Translations under genes and position numbers: made by a program
NCBI RefSeq assembly: GCF_035084215.1
Contig: NC_090340.1
Coordinates: 14,880,001 to 14,944,000 of the forward strand
Origin: Heptranchias perlo
Taxonomy: Eukaryota
Length of the DNA: 64,000 nucleotides
Direction: 5' to 3'
Shown here: piece by piece, positions 47,104 through 60,525 of the stretch
Numbering within the stretch: the first letter of the stretch is position 1
How the letters are laid out: the number at the start of each line of letters is the position of its first letter
Notes under the pieces: generated by a model
Told to the model about the DNA's origin: nothing
The model's database searches: none
The model's input: the letters and a program-made list of their open reading frames with translations, nothing else

Positions 47104-49279
47104 TTAAAATAAAATTGCTGGACTATAACTTGGTGTTGTAAAATTGTTTACAATTGTCAACCCCAGTCCATCACCGGCATCTCCACAATAAGATCATGGC
47201 TAATCTCCGACCTCAACCCACTTTCCCGCCCGATCACCATATCCCTTGATTCCCTGGAAGTCCAGAAATCTATCGATCTCAGTCTTGAATATATTCAACT
47301 AATAAGCATCCACAGCTATCTGGGATAGAGAATTCCAAATTTTCACAACCTTCTGGGTAAACAAATTTCTCCTCATCTCAATCCTAAATCGCCGAGCCTT
47401 TACCCTAAGATTATGCCCCCTGGTTCTAGACTCTCCAGCCAAGGGAAACAGCCTCTCACCATCTACCCGGTCAAGCCCTCTCAGAATCTTATATATTTCA
47501 ATGAGATCAGCTCTCATTCTTCTAAACTCCATTCTACTCAATCTCTCCTCATAGGACAACCCTCTCATCCCAGGAATCAATCTAGTGAACCTTCGTTGCA
47601 CTGCCTGTAAGACAAGTATATCCTTCCTTTGGTTAGGTGATCAAGATTGTACACAGTACTCTAGGTGTGGTCTCACCAAAGCTCTGTACAATTGTAGCAA
47701 GACTTCGTTACCTTTGTACTACAAACCCCTTGCAATGAAAATCAACGTATCCTTTGCCTTCCTAATCGTTGCTGCACCTGCATGTTAACTTTCTGTGTTT
47801 CGTGTACAAGGACACCAAAATCTCTCTGAGTACCAACATTTATTGGTTTCTTACCACTTAAAAAATATTCTGTTTTTCTATTCTTCCAACCAAAGTGAAC
47901 AACTTCACATTTCCTGACATTATACTCCATCTTCCACCTTCTTGCCCACTCACTTAACCTGTCTATGTGCCTTTGCAGACTCATTGTGTCCTCCTCACAG
48001 CTTACTTTCCCACCTAGTTTTGTATCGTCATCAAACTTGGATACATTACACTCAGTCCCTTCATTTAAGTCATTAATATAGATTATAAATAGCTGAGGCC
48101 CAAGCACTGAGCATTGCAGCACCCCACTAGATACAGCCTGCCAACCTGAAAAGGAACCGTTTATTCCTACTTTCTGTTGTCTGTCTATTAACCAATCCTC
48201 TCACAGTGCTAATATATTACCCTCAACCCCATGAGCCCTTATGTTGTTCAACAACCTTTTGCATGGCACCTTATCGAATGCCTTTTGAAAATCCAAATAT
48301 ACTACATCTACTGGTTCCCCTTTATCTAGCCTGCTCGTTACCCCCTCAAAAAACTCTAATGGATTTGTCAAACACGATTCATAAAACCATCATGACTCTG
48401 GCTAATCATACTATGATGTTCTAAATGCTCTGTTACCACATACTTAATAATAGATTCCAGCATTTTCCCGACAACTGATGTCAGTCTAACTGGCCTGTCG
48501 TTCCTTGTTTTCTCTCTCCTTTCTTGAACAGCGGTGTTACATTTGCTACCTTCCAATCATCAGGGACCGTTCTGAAATCTAGGGAATTTTGGAAGAACAA
48601 AATCAATGCATCCACTATCTCTGCAACCTCCTCGTTTAGAATCCTCTGATGTCGGCCATCAGGTCCAGGGGATTTGTTGGCTTTTAGTCCCAATAATTTA
48701 TCCAGTACTTTTTCGTTACTATTTTTAATTACTTTAATTTCCTCACTCTCATTAGACCATTGGTTCCCCGCTATTCCTGGTATTTTTTTCGTGTCTTTTC
48801 CTGTGAAGACAGATACAAAATATTTGTTTAACGTCTCTGCCATTTCCTTATTCCCGATTATAATTTCTCTTGTCTCAGCCTTTAAGGGTCCCATGTTTAC
48901 TTTTGCTAATCTCTTCCCTTTTCCGTACTTGTAGAAGCTCTAACAATCTGTTTTTATATTTCTCACTAATTTACTCACATTCTATTTTCTCACCCTTTAT
49001 GAATTTTTGATCATCCTTTGCTGGTTTCTAAAACTCTCCCAATCCTCAAGCTTACAACACTTCTTGGCTCCATTATAAGCCTCTTCTTTTAATCTAATAC
49101 TATTCCTAACTTCTTCAGTTAGCCACAGATGGATCACTTTTCCCATGGAATTTTTATTCCTCAATGGAATGTATATTTGTTGAGAATTATGAAATATTTC
49201 TTTAAATGTTGACCATTGCTTCTCGACCATCAATTTAATCTAATTTCCCAATCAATCCTCTCCAACTCGCCCTAGTACC

Positions 49280-50915
49280 TTCTCCAATCTCTCCACATAA
49301 CTGAAGTCCCTCATCTCTGGTATCATCCTGTTAATCTTCCTCTGTAACCTCTCCAGGGCCTCGACATACTTCCTAAAGTATGCCGCCCAAACATGTATAC
49401 ACTGCTCCAGGAGAGGCCTAACCAGTGATTTGTAAATTTATGGCATGACTTCTATGTTTTTATATTCAATGCTCCTATTTACAAAGCCAATATCCCATAC
49501 GCTTTCTGAACCACCTTATGAACTTGCCCTGCCACCTCTGCTCCTGCACCCCCCTTAAAATGGTACCATTTATGTTATACTGCCTCTCCATGTTGTTCCT
49601 CCTAAAGTGCATCACTTCACATTTATCCATATTAAATTACATCAATCTGTCTATGTCCTCCTGAAGTTTGCTACTTTCCTGTTCATTACTTACTATGCTG
49701 CTAAGTTTTGTATTATTCGCAAACTTCGAAATTGTACTCCCTATACCTAAGCCCAGGTAATTTATATATAACATGAAAAGCAATGGTCCTAATTCCAATC
49801 CCTGGGGATCCCACTCCATACTTCTTTCCAGTCAGAAAAAAACATCCATTCACCACTACTATCTGCTTCCTCTCCCTTGGCCAATTACGTACCCAAGTTA
49901 CCACCGTCGCTTTAATCCCATCTGCTTCTATTTGCTGCATGCATCTGTTATGTGATACTTTATCAAATGCCTTTTGAAAGTCCATATATACAACATCCAC
50001 TGCACTACCTTCATCAACCCTCTCTGATACTTCATCAAAGAAATCAGTCAGGTTAGTCAAACACGACTTTCCTTCAACAAATCCGTGCTGGCTGCCCCTT
50101 ATTAAGCCATGCATCTCCAAGTGAGAATTAATGTTGTCCCTGACAATTATCTCTAAAAGCTTTCCTACTTCCGACGTTAGACTGATTGGCCTGTATTTTC
50201 AAGATTTATCTCTCTCCTCTTTTTTGAATAGGGTTGTAACATTTGCAATTCTCCAGTCTTCTGGCACCACTCCCATATCCAAGGAAATTTGAAAGATTGT
50301 GGTCAGACCTTCTGTCATCTCCACCCTTGCTTACATCAGCAACCTAGGATGCATCCCATCTGGACTGGGTGACTTGTTAACATTGAGTGATGCCAAACTA
50401 TTTAGCACCTCCTTTCTCTCTATTTTCATTCTGTCCAATATTCTACTCCCTCCTCCTCTACTGCAATATTAACTTCATCCTCTTATTTAATGAAGGCAGA
50501 TGCAAAGTAATCATTAAATACCTCAGTCATGCCCTCTGCCTCAGCAAGAAGCTTTTCTTCTTTGCCCCTAATCGGCCCCAACATTCCTTTAACTATTATT
50601 TTTCTTTTTATATGTTTAGAAAATATTTTTAGGTTTTCTTTTATGTTATCCGCTAATCTTTTCTCATAATCTCTCTTTGACCTACGTATATCCTTTTTCG
50701 ATTTCCCCCTGCACTCTCTATATTCTGCCTGGTTTCCTATTGTATTCTGTACCATACATTTGTCATAGGTCTCCTTTTTCTGTTTTATTTTAATCTCTAT
50801 TCCCTTTGTCATCCAGGGAGCTCTAGCTTTGGATGTTCTATCTTTCCACCTTATGGGAATATGTTTGATCTGTACCCGAAGTATCTCTGCCTTGAAAGCA
50901 TGCCATTGTTCATTA
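49280..50915 (-). mobile_element. CR1 LINE fragment (different subfamily)
   Basis: SQHGFVEGKSCLTNL..FFDEV...[12 protein letters not shown]. Confidence 0.88.
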
Positions 50916-51189
50916 GTCTAAAATCATTTTTAAAAATTATATTAGGAAATTAGCAATGGTCCATACCATAACCAATTTTGCTCCGCTCGGTTTTCATTGA
51001 GAAAATATGTGAAATGAAACTGTGTGAGGGATCTGGTCGCAAGAACAAAAGCCTAAAGATAAAAGAAACAGGAGACGAGTATAAAGGTCAAACCAGGGGA
51101 AGGAATAAAAATAACATAAATGGTCAAAGAACAAATATGGTTACAAACTAAAAGTATCAAACGTCTGTAAGAAATAAAGTAAACGGAAT

Positions 51190-54035
51190 AACTATGAAAG
51201 ACGAATTAAACTACCTGTAGAGCAATGCACACAGCGTCCAAAATAAAACGGGGGACTGAAGGCAACAATCCCGAGCGAGGAACCAAATGTAGTACGAAAA
51301 ATTTGAACATGGCTACAGAAAGAATAGGACTGGCAACTAAATGTTGCAGGTTATAATATAATCAGAAAGAATAGGGAAGGAATAAGAGGGTGGAGCAGCT
51401 GTACTAACTTGAAATAACATAATGGCAGTAAAAAAAAGGACATAACTAACAGAAGGATAGAAACAGAATCCATATGGATTGAAGTAAAAGATCAGAAGGG
51501 ATCGATCACGCTATTAGGGGTATACTACAGACCACCTAATAATGGAAAGGAGGTGGAGGAATAAATATGTAAGCAAATACGTGAAATGAGTAAAGGACAT
51601 AGAATAATAATCATGGGAGATTTTAACCACCCCCAAATAAACGAGCAAGAAGAGGTAGGTAAAGGGGTACAGGGAATGAAGTTTCAACAATGTGTGCAAA
51701 AGTCCTTTCTTACCCAGTAGGTAAAAAGCCCAACCAGAGAGGAAGCAATGCAGGATCTAATAATCGGAAATGAACCAGAAACGATAAGAGACATAAGCGT
51801 AGGGGAACATCTAGGTAACAGCAATCACAACATAATAATGTTTAAGATAAAGATTGAGAAGCCAATAAGTAAGACGAAGACCAAACTAATACATTGGAAA
51901 AAAGCTGATTTTAAGGGGATGAGAATGGAACTAGGGAAAATAAGCTGAAAAAATTTACTGACAAAGAAAGAAATGAAAGACCAGTGGGTAACATGCAAAA
52001 CGGTGATCAATTCGAGAAATATATCCCACTGAAAGGCAAGAACAAACTAGCCAGTAATGACACACCATGGATGACTAAAGAAATAAGGGCAACACTGAAA
52101 CTAAAGAAAAAGGCAGACATTAAGTACATAGACAACAAATTAGAGGATGACAAAAGGGAATGTGAAAGGGTTAGGAAAGAAGTCAAGAAAACAATTAGGA
52201 CGGCAAAGAGAAACTATGGAATTAAGTTATCAAAGAATATAAAAGGAAATAGTAAAGTATTCTACAGACACATAAATAACAAAAGGAAAATCAAGACAGG
52301 GATGGGGCCAGTCAGGGATACACACGATAAACTCACAGGTAATGACAGCAAAATGGCAGAAATATGAAATGATTACTTTGCCTCAGTATTTACCAGGGAG
52401 ACAAAATGGTGGGCATTAGAAGAAGAGATCAAGACATATATAAATACATTTAAGATAGAAAGGGGGAGATAATTGATAAACTAATCAAACTGAGAGAAGA
52501 TAAAACCCCTGGTCTGGATGAATTGCAGCCACACATGTTAGAAGTAGTCAAGGAAGAGATAACGGAAGCACTGCTACATATATATAAAAATATAGAAAAG
52601 GGAATAAGGCCAGAGGACAGGCGGCATGCTAATGTAATTCCGATATTTATAAAGGGAGATAGTACAAGTCCAGGGAACTACAGGCCAATTAGCTTAACGT
52701 CGGTGGTAGGAATGATAATGGAATCCTTATTCAAAGATGTCATAAAAAATCCAGAAACTGAAAATATAATAAAGAATAGTCAGCATGGATTTCAAAAGGG
52801 AAGGTCATGCTTACCCAACCTTATTAAATTATTTGAAGAATTATCAGAAAGAGTAGACAAGGATAATGTAGTTGATGTAATCTATTTCTACTTTCAAAAG
52901 GCCTTTGATTAGGTACTGCATAATAGACCCAAGACTTAGATCAGAACATTTGGAGTCATGGGACAAGTAGCCAAATGGATAGCAAGCTGGCTACAAATCA
53001 GAAAACAAAGAGTAGGGGTTAAAGGTAGTTACTCAGATTGGCAAAATTGGGAAGTGGTATTCTACAAGGATCGGTGCTGGTTATTCACTATCAACATAAA
53101 TGATTTGGATTCGGAATTGGAAGTACAATTTCAAAATTTGCCGACGACACCAATTTGGGTTATAATTAATACTGAGGAGGACTGTGAAAAAATACAGGAA
53201 GACATTAATAAAGTAGCAGAAAGGGCGAATAATTGGCAAATGAATTTCAACATAGATAGATGTGAGGTGGTACATTTTGTTAGCAAGAATAAGGAGGCCA
53301 CATATTCCTTGGAAAATAAGAGTCTAAATGGGGTAGAGGAGCACGGGGATCTGGGGGCACTAAAAGTAGTGATGCAGATTAATACAGTCGTAAAAAGCTA
53401 GATGAACACTGAGGTTCAATTCTAGAGGAATAGAATTGAAAACCAGAGAACTTATGTCAAAATTATATAGAACCTTGCTTAGACCACATATTTAGTACTG
53501 TTAACAGTCCTGGTCTCCATGTAACAAAAAGGATGTAGAGACACTGGAGAAGGTGCAAAAGAGATTTACTCGGATGATACCAGAACTGAGATGTTATACC
53601 TATCTGGAACGATTGAACGGGCTGGGGCTTTGTTTTCTAGAAAAGAGGTGGCCTGATGGAGGCCTTTAAGATTATGAAAGGTTTTGGTAGCATAAACGTA
53701 GAGAAGATCTTTCCACTTGCAGGGGAGATGAGAAATAGGGGCCAAAAATATAAGATAATCACTGTAATAAATCCAATAGTGAATTCAGAAGAAACGTCTT
53801 TACCGAGAGAGTGGTTAGAATGTGGAACTCACTACCACAAAAAGTAGTTGAGCCGAGTAGCATGGATGCATTTAAGGGGAAGCTGGATAAACACGTAAAG
53901 GAGAAATGAACAGACGGATATGTTCATGGGGTTAGATGAACAGAGGCGGGAGGAGACTCGTATGTAGCATAAACACCGGCAATGGACCTGTTTGTCTGAA
54001 TGGTCTGTGCTGTACATTCTATGTAATTCAATGTA
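51190..54035 (+). mobile_element. CR1 LINE ORF2 with 3' tail, degenerate
   Basis: NYRPISLTSVVG, SQHGFQKGRSCL and other motifs; same subfamily as 6822-9790. Confidence 0.9.
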
Positions 54036-57000
54036 AAACTTTGTATCATAAATATCCCATTGAAATTGTTCAAACTCTTTAGCCACTGAGAAAAAAAAAG
54101 TCCTCTTCCAAGCGCAGAAAACTCGGCCCCCACCCGAAGACATGTCAAAAGTACATTTTCTCATTGAATATTGATGCAGCTCCAAGTACCAGCAATGAAA
54201 ATGAGCTACAGAGAATTGAAAGTCCCAGGTTTGATTTGTGATCAGTGCTGTGTGCAAGACCAGAACTGAAGTCAGCGAACTGGACACAGCCATTACGCAC
54301 GATGGGACATAATATGATATCCGTCGTGGAACTTTGGGTCAATTTTGACTTTGGGCGGACAGTGTAAAGCAGGCTGTATCACATCCTCCGTCGTTACACA
54401 TCTCTATAGTTGTATGAGAGTCGGCTCATCTGATTTCGCCCGGGGATTAGCGGGGATGAGGGAGGGTACTAAATATTTCTGGATATAAATTTTCATGAGG
54501 AAAAGAGACGGAAAAATTGGCTCATGTGGACACATTCACGAAGTATAGAAGCACAACATTCGAAAGGGAAGTTTTTATTGATGGTGGTGCTCAGACCAAG
54601 CCTTTCTGAGTTGAATTAAGTAAAAATAATTGAACTGCCCCTATAATGATGGACATTATAGATCAGGCAATAGTGTGAAAGAAATTTAACTTGATATTTG
54701 TAAGCAATTTAGCGAGGTCCACATTAATAATGCAGCTGTAAAAATGAGGGCTTTCAACTGTCCTAACAACCTCGAACAAGATAAATGCTTTCGTCAAAAT
54801 AGGGAGCAGTTCTTAGAATGCATCTGGAACTGCTTCCTTAATCAGCATGTTGCATGTTCAAGAAGGAAGAATATCGTGCTTTATTTTGGCCTAGATAATA
54901 TGAGTTTAAATGCATATGTCAAAATCCAGCGACTAACATTTTACTGTAAATAGAAGGAGCGGGTCTGACCCATGGTTCTACAAATGCAACACAATGCTTG
55001 TCTTCAGCTATCATGATGAACTCTCCGATGAATTAAATGGCCTACCTCATCCCTATTAACCTTATGGTCTTATTTACCATGAACATTGAAACTAACAAGT
55101 GAAAAAGGAACTGAAAAAAGGAACGACCCATCCTATCTATTTTTTGTACGTTATGGAGAACCCTTTCATCCGTTTGCCTGATCAAAGCGCCCAGTTCCAC
55201 CTGAATTCACAAGCACTTACCTGGTGGTTTCTATTAAATGATTGTTGTGTTTACCATAGCCTGTGGGTATCCCGTTAGCACTACCCTCCGATCAAAAATT
55301 TCGTGTGAGTTTGTTTTACATGTGTACATTCAGCTAACGCACATGCAGCCACTAAACCCATTCACTGTATATCTGTATTGTTGGAGATTGTATAGTTGCT
55401 TGCCGGGTGCTGTTCGCTTATTTTACTCAAGCCTTGGCCCTGGAGTTTTCTGAATTAGGTGACCTCCGAAAGAGCAATGGTAGAGTTAGCAGGTTTGAGC
55501 TAAGTGTCCCTGCGCTGGAGAGAATAGTAATCAACTAGGCTTGGGACGTCAACCCCATCTGAAACAGGCAACTGAAATGAAGCCTTACGTATACACTAGT
55601 ATGGTAAAGGTAATTCGGGAATACTACTGACAGCAGAACAGTGACTGAAGGACAAGTTGACACGAGTGCAAATGATTAGAAGGTAAATTTAGGACTGATA
55701 TGCGGACTATTTTTTTTTCGACACAGCAGTGGTCATCATAAGGATGACCACTGCCGGACCTGGCAGTGGAGATTTAAAAAAAAACAGACAATATTTTCAG
55801 AATCAATTAGATGTTCTGTTCGGAGACTATAAAATCTTTCTGGAACAATGAGCAAGAAATGTCCCGAATGACTTTTCTCACCTGTATCTACTTTGCACTC
55901 ATTACGCCTGCTAGAAGGCGTGTGTGTATGAATGTCCCCCATGGGTCTCTTCTAGCTCCATTGTCATGTTCTACGCCCACTCACCACTGGAACTAACGTG
56001 TGAAGAATGGCCAGTTGGATGAGCGTAAATGGTACCGGAGGGTTAGTTGTGTCAGTGAAAGTTTATCTGAATCACCTTCAAGAGCAGAAGAGAAAAGAAG
56101 AAAGGTAGACAACATTTTAAAAACATCTGCTGCTGTATTCTTGAGAGCAGCTGAACTAGTTTCAATATAGGCGGGCGATCACAATTGCAAATTGTTTTTT
56201 CATCGTTATTTTACAAGTGGTTTTGGGCTCATCCCTTTGCCCATCCCTCGTTGCCCTGAGAAGGTGGTGGCAGTAGTTCTTCTTCTTGAAGTTTTCTTAT
56301 AACTAATTGGCTTGCTAGGACAGTTCAGAATCAACCACGTTGGTGTGGGACTGGAGTCACATATAAACCAGATGGCAGATTTACTTCGTTAAAAGTGTGA
56401 ACCTGTTCCTTTTAACAACACTCCAATAGTTTCATGGTCACTCTTATTGATACTAGCGTGTTGCCTTCATCTACCTTCAGTCACATCCATAAAAACATTG
56501 ACCTGAAACATTTTTTTGCATTTCAGTACAGGTACATGCTTTTTATTTCCAGGTTTCTTTTCAACTGAATTCAAATTCTCAAAATACCATGGTGGGATTT
56601 GAATTTACACGCTCTGGATTACAAGTCCAATAATTAAACCACTATACAACCGGCCCCACTGGAATTCCTCGGTCACAAAACAGCAGATTAGCGTTCTGTG
56701 GGTCAAACAATCTCGAGTCATAAGGTTGTGAGTACATTGCCTCTTGCGAAAGCGCTTCCTCGCACCATCGCAGGCCAATCCCAATTCACCTATTTATTTG
56801 TATTGCCATTTGACATACAGCACATTCGTATATAGAGTAGATGGTGTCTTATATACAGTATATTTTGATACTGAGTTTTACTGAGTGGCTTAATATTAAT
56901 ACCTACGCTAAAAGCAACCGAAGCTTCCTGTGCAGAAATAACTCGAGTATCTGTTTAAATTGAAAGGACCTGAAACAGCCTATCACTGTCGTACAGCAGA

Positions 57001-57504
57001 GTTAATCACATTGTGAAACACTCGCGCGGTCACTGCAACGGGTTGTAGGAAATAAATTTAACATCTTATTGTGCAAGTTCGCATGTTCGGTTTGCAATAT
57101 TGAAATCAAATATCAAAGGAACAGCAACCGTTTGTCTAACGCGAGCAGTAAAACATCAAACAGTCAAACCTGCCCTGTTTCAGTAAAGAATTACCACCCC
57201 GGCTATTTATATTTTCTTATATATTGTACTATAACCTGTCATTTTTTTCAATCTGCTTACTTTTTAAATGATATTTCTTTTTCTTAGACGCAGGTAGATA
57301 ATTTGTAAAGCCACCCGAACGTAATTCCCAAAACCAAAGAAGGGTTTCAGGCCCGAGACAGCTGTGTCGATCACTCAAAACTAGTCAAATGAGTAAATGG
57401 TGTACGTTATGTCGGATTATTGGACAGTGCCTGTATCTTTACAAATCGTTTCACAGACTGGGATAAATATGAAAAAAAACTGCTTTACTTTTCAACAATC
57501 GTGG

Positions 57505-60500
57505 ATAGCACGTTCACTATCATGGATAGCACGTTCAGTGAGGTGGTCACACCGCAGGTAAAGATTACGCAGGCAGAATGGAAATGGGTGACCGCCAGGC
57601 AGAGTAAAAGGACTAGGCAGGTAGAGCAGGAGTCCCCTTGGGCCATTTCCCTCTCAAACAGATATTCTGCTTTGGACACTGTTGGGGAGATGGCTTATCA
57701 GGGGAAAGCAGCAAGAGCCAAGTTTGGGGCACCACGGGTGGCTCTGCTGCACAGGAGGTTAGGAAGAAGAGTGGCAGGGCTATAGTGATAGGGGATTCAA
57801 TCGTCAGGGGAACAGATAGGCGTTTCTGCGGCCGCAAACGTTACTCCAGGATGGTATGTTGCCTCCCTGGTGCTAGGGTCAAGGATGTCACGGAACGGCT
57901 GCAGGGCATTCTGGAGGGGGAGGGTAAACAGCCAGTAGTTGTGGTCCATATTGGTACCAACGACCTAGGTAAAAAAAGAGATGAGGTCCTGCAAGGTGAA
58001 TTTAAGGAGTTAGGAGATAAATTAAAAATTAGGACTTCAAAGGTAATGATTTCAGGATCACTACAGTGCCACGTGCTAGTGAGTACAGGAACAGGAGAAT
58101 AGACAGGATGAATGCGTGGCTGCAGGGATGGTGTAGGAGGGAGGGATTTAGATTCCTAGGACATTGGGAAAGGTTCTGGGGAAGGTGGGACCAGTACAAG
58201 CGTGACGGGTTGCACCCGAGCAGGACCGGGACCAATGTCCTCGCGAGGGTGTTTGCTAGTGCTGTTGGGGAAGGTTTAAACTAGAGTGGCAGGGGGATGG
58301 GAACCTGAGCGGGGAGTCAGAAGGGAATAAAGTTGAGTGCAGCAAGCGAGGGGAAGACCCAGGGGAAATCTACAATACAAATAGTACAAACAGTTGTTCA
58401 AGAACAAGTGAAAGGGCAAAGCGTAGAGCAGTGGAAAGAAAGTGTCCTTTAGGCACGACAGATAAAATAAAAACTAGAAGGCATAAGGCGATTAACCCAG
58501 CATCAAAGCTGAAGGTCAGGCTAGGGTGTGTGGCCCAACTAAGAGTTCTATATGCAAATGCATGGAGTATAAGGAATGAATTAAATGAACTACAGGGTCA
58601 AATTCAAATTGGAGGGTATGACATGATAGCTATTACTGAGACTTGGCTGCAGGATGGTCAGGATTGGGAACTAATTATACCGGGTTATAAGGACTACAGG
58701 AGAAATCGAGAAAATGGAAGAGGGGGAGGAGTAGCCTTAATGATAAGAGATGAAATCACTTCAATGATAAAGGGGAGTATAACGAGAGGTAAGCAGCCAA
58801 CAGAGACCTTATGGGTTGAATTGTGTAATAGGAAAGGCTCTAAGACTATAGTGGGAGTTGCATATAGGAGCCCTGGCAGCAGCTCTGAAGTGCTAGATTT
58901 TATAAATGCAGAGATTAGACAAGCGTGTAAGAAAGGCATAGTGGTCTTAATGGGGGACTTTAACCTTCACATAGATTGGGAAAAGCAGAATAGCAACTGT
59001 CAGAAAGGTAGTGAAATTCTTGAGTGTGTCCGGGGTAGTTTTCTACAGCAGTATGTCCTAGACGCAACAAGGGGGCAAGCCATACTAGATTTAGTAATGA
59101 ATAATGAACCAGATTTAGTTAACAGCTTAACTGTGCGTGATCATCTATCCAATAGTGATCATAACATGAACGAGTTCAATGTAGTGTTTGAAACGGAAAA
59201 AAAGTGAATCAGCTGCTAAGATTCAAGACTTGGGCAAGGCCGACCTCAATGGGATGAGACAGAGACTGTCCACAGTAAACTGGGCAAATCTGTTAATGGG
59301 TACAACGACTGATGATCAGTGGGAAATGTTTAAAGAAACATTTAACGTGATATAGAATCGGTTTATACCCCTGAGGGGCAAGAACTCTACTTGCCAAAAA
59401 TAAACAGCCATGGACAACTAAAGAGGTAAGGGACAGTATAAGACATAAGGAAAGGGCATACAAAAAGGCAAAAAATGGCACAGATCCTGGCGAATGGGAA
59501 AGATACAAAGATCAACAAAGGGTCACAAAACAGATAGTAAGAGCTACAAAAAGAGAGTATGAAAAGAAACTCGCAAGGGATATCAAAACTAATACGAAGA
59601 ACTTTTATAGTTATATTAGGAAAAAGAGGGTGGTCAGGAGCAGTGTTGGCCCCTTAAAAATTGAAAGTGGGGATATTGTCATTGACAATGGGGAAATGGC
59701 GAACATGTTGAACAAATACTTTGCGTCAGTATTTACAGTAGAAAAAGAGGATAGCATGCCGGAAATCCCAAGAAAACTTATATTGAATCGGGGACAGGGA
59801 CTCGATAAAATTAACATAAGTAAAGCAACAGTATTGAAGAAAATAATAACAATAAAGAGTGACAAATCCCCAGGACCAGATGGTTTCCATCCAAGGGTTT
59901 TAAAGGAAGTACTTGAGCACATTGTGGATATTTATTAACTATAATCTTTCAAAGTTCTCTAGATTCAGGAACTGTCCCTCTAGATTGGAAAATTGCACAT
60001 GTCACTCCGCTTTTTAAGAAATGAGAGTGAGGGAAAACGGGGAATTATAGACCAGTTAGCTTAACATCTGTTGTGGGGAAAATGCTGGAGTCTATAATTA
60101 AGGATAGGGTGACTGAACACCTCGAGAATTTTCAGTTAATCAGAGAGAGCCAGCATGGATTTGTGAAAGGTAGGTCGTGCCTGACAAACCTGATTGAATT
60201 TTTTGAAGAGTTGACTAAAGTAGTGGACAGGGTCAATGGATGTTATTTATATGGACTTCCAGAAGGCATTTGTTAAGGTCCCACATAAGAGACTGTTAGC
60301 TAAGATAGAAGCCCATGGAATCGAGGGAAAAGTATGGACTTGGTTAGGAAGTTGGCTGAGCGAAAGGCGACAGAGAGTAGGGATAATGGGTAGGTACTCA
60401 CATTGGCAGGATGTGACTAGTGGAGTCCCGCAGGGATCTGTCTTGAGGCCTCAATTATTCACAATATTTATTAACGACTTAGATGCAGGAATAGAAAGTC

Positions 60501-60525
60501 TCATATCTAAGTTTGCCGATGACAC
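57505..60525 (+). mobile_element. CR1 LINE with SGNH-esterase ORF1 and EN-RT ORF2, truncated at FADD
   Basis: ORF1 VIGDSIVRG...LPGARV...HIGTND...DGLHP. ORF2 YANA.S..ITETWL..GDFN..LDL..SDH; [13 protein letters not shown]. Confidence 0.92.

Larger units (their letters stand above)
46950..47185. mobile_element. Short Penelope-type pLTR insertion forming a perfect palindrome, with 12-bp TSD
   Basis: Arms 46948-47050 and 47052-47154 (103 bp each, 1-nt loop). TSD CAATAAGATCAT at 46938-46949 and 47186-47197. Confidence 0.85.
46878..49270 (-). mobile_element. CR1 LINE, degenerate; 3' tail interrupted by the palindromic insertion
   Basis: KSPGPDG, DWKVANVTPLFKKG, SVLGPQLF.IYINDL, QRRFTRLIPGM. Confidence 0.9.
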
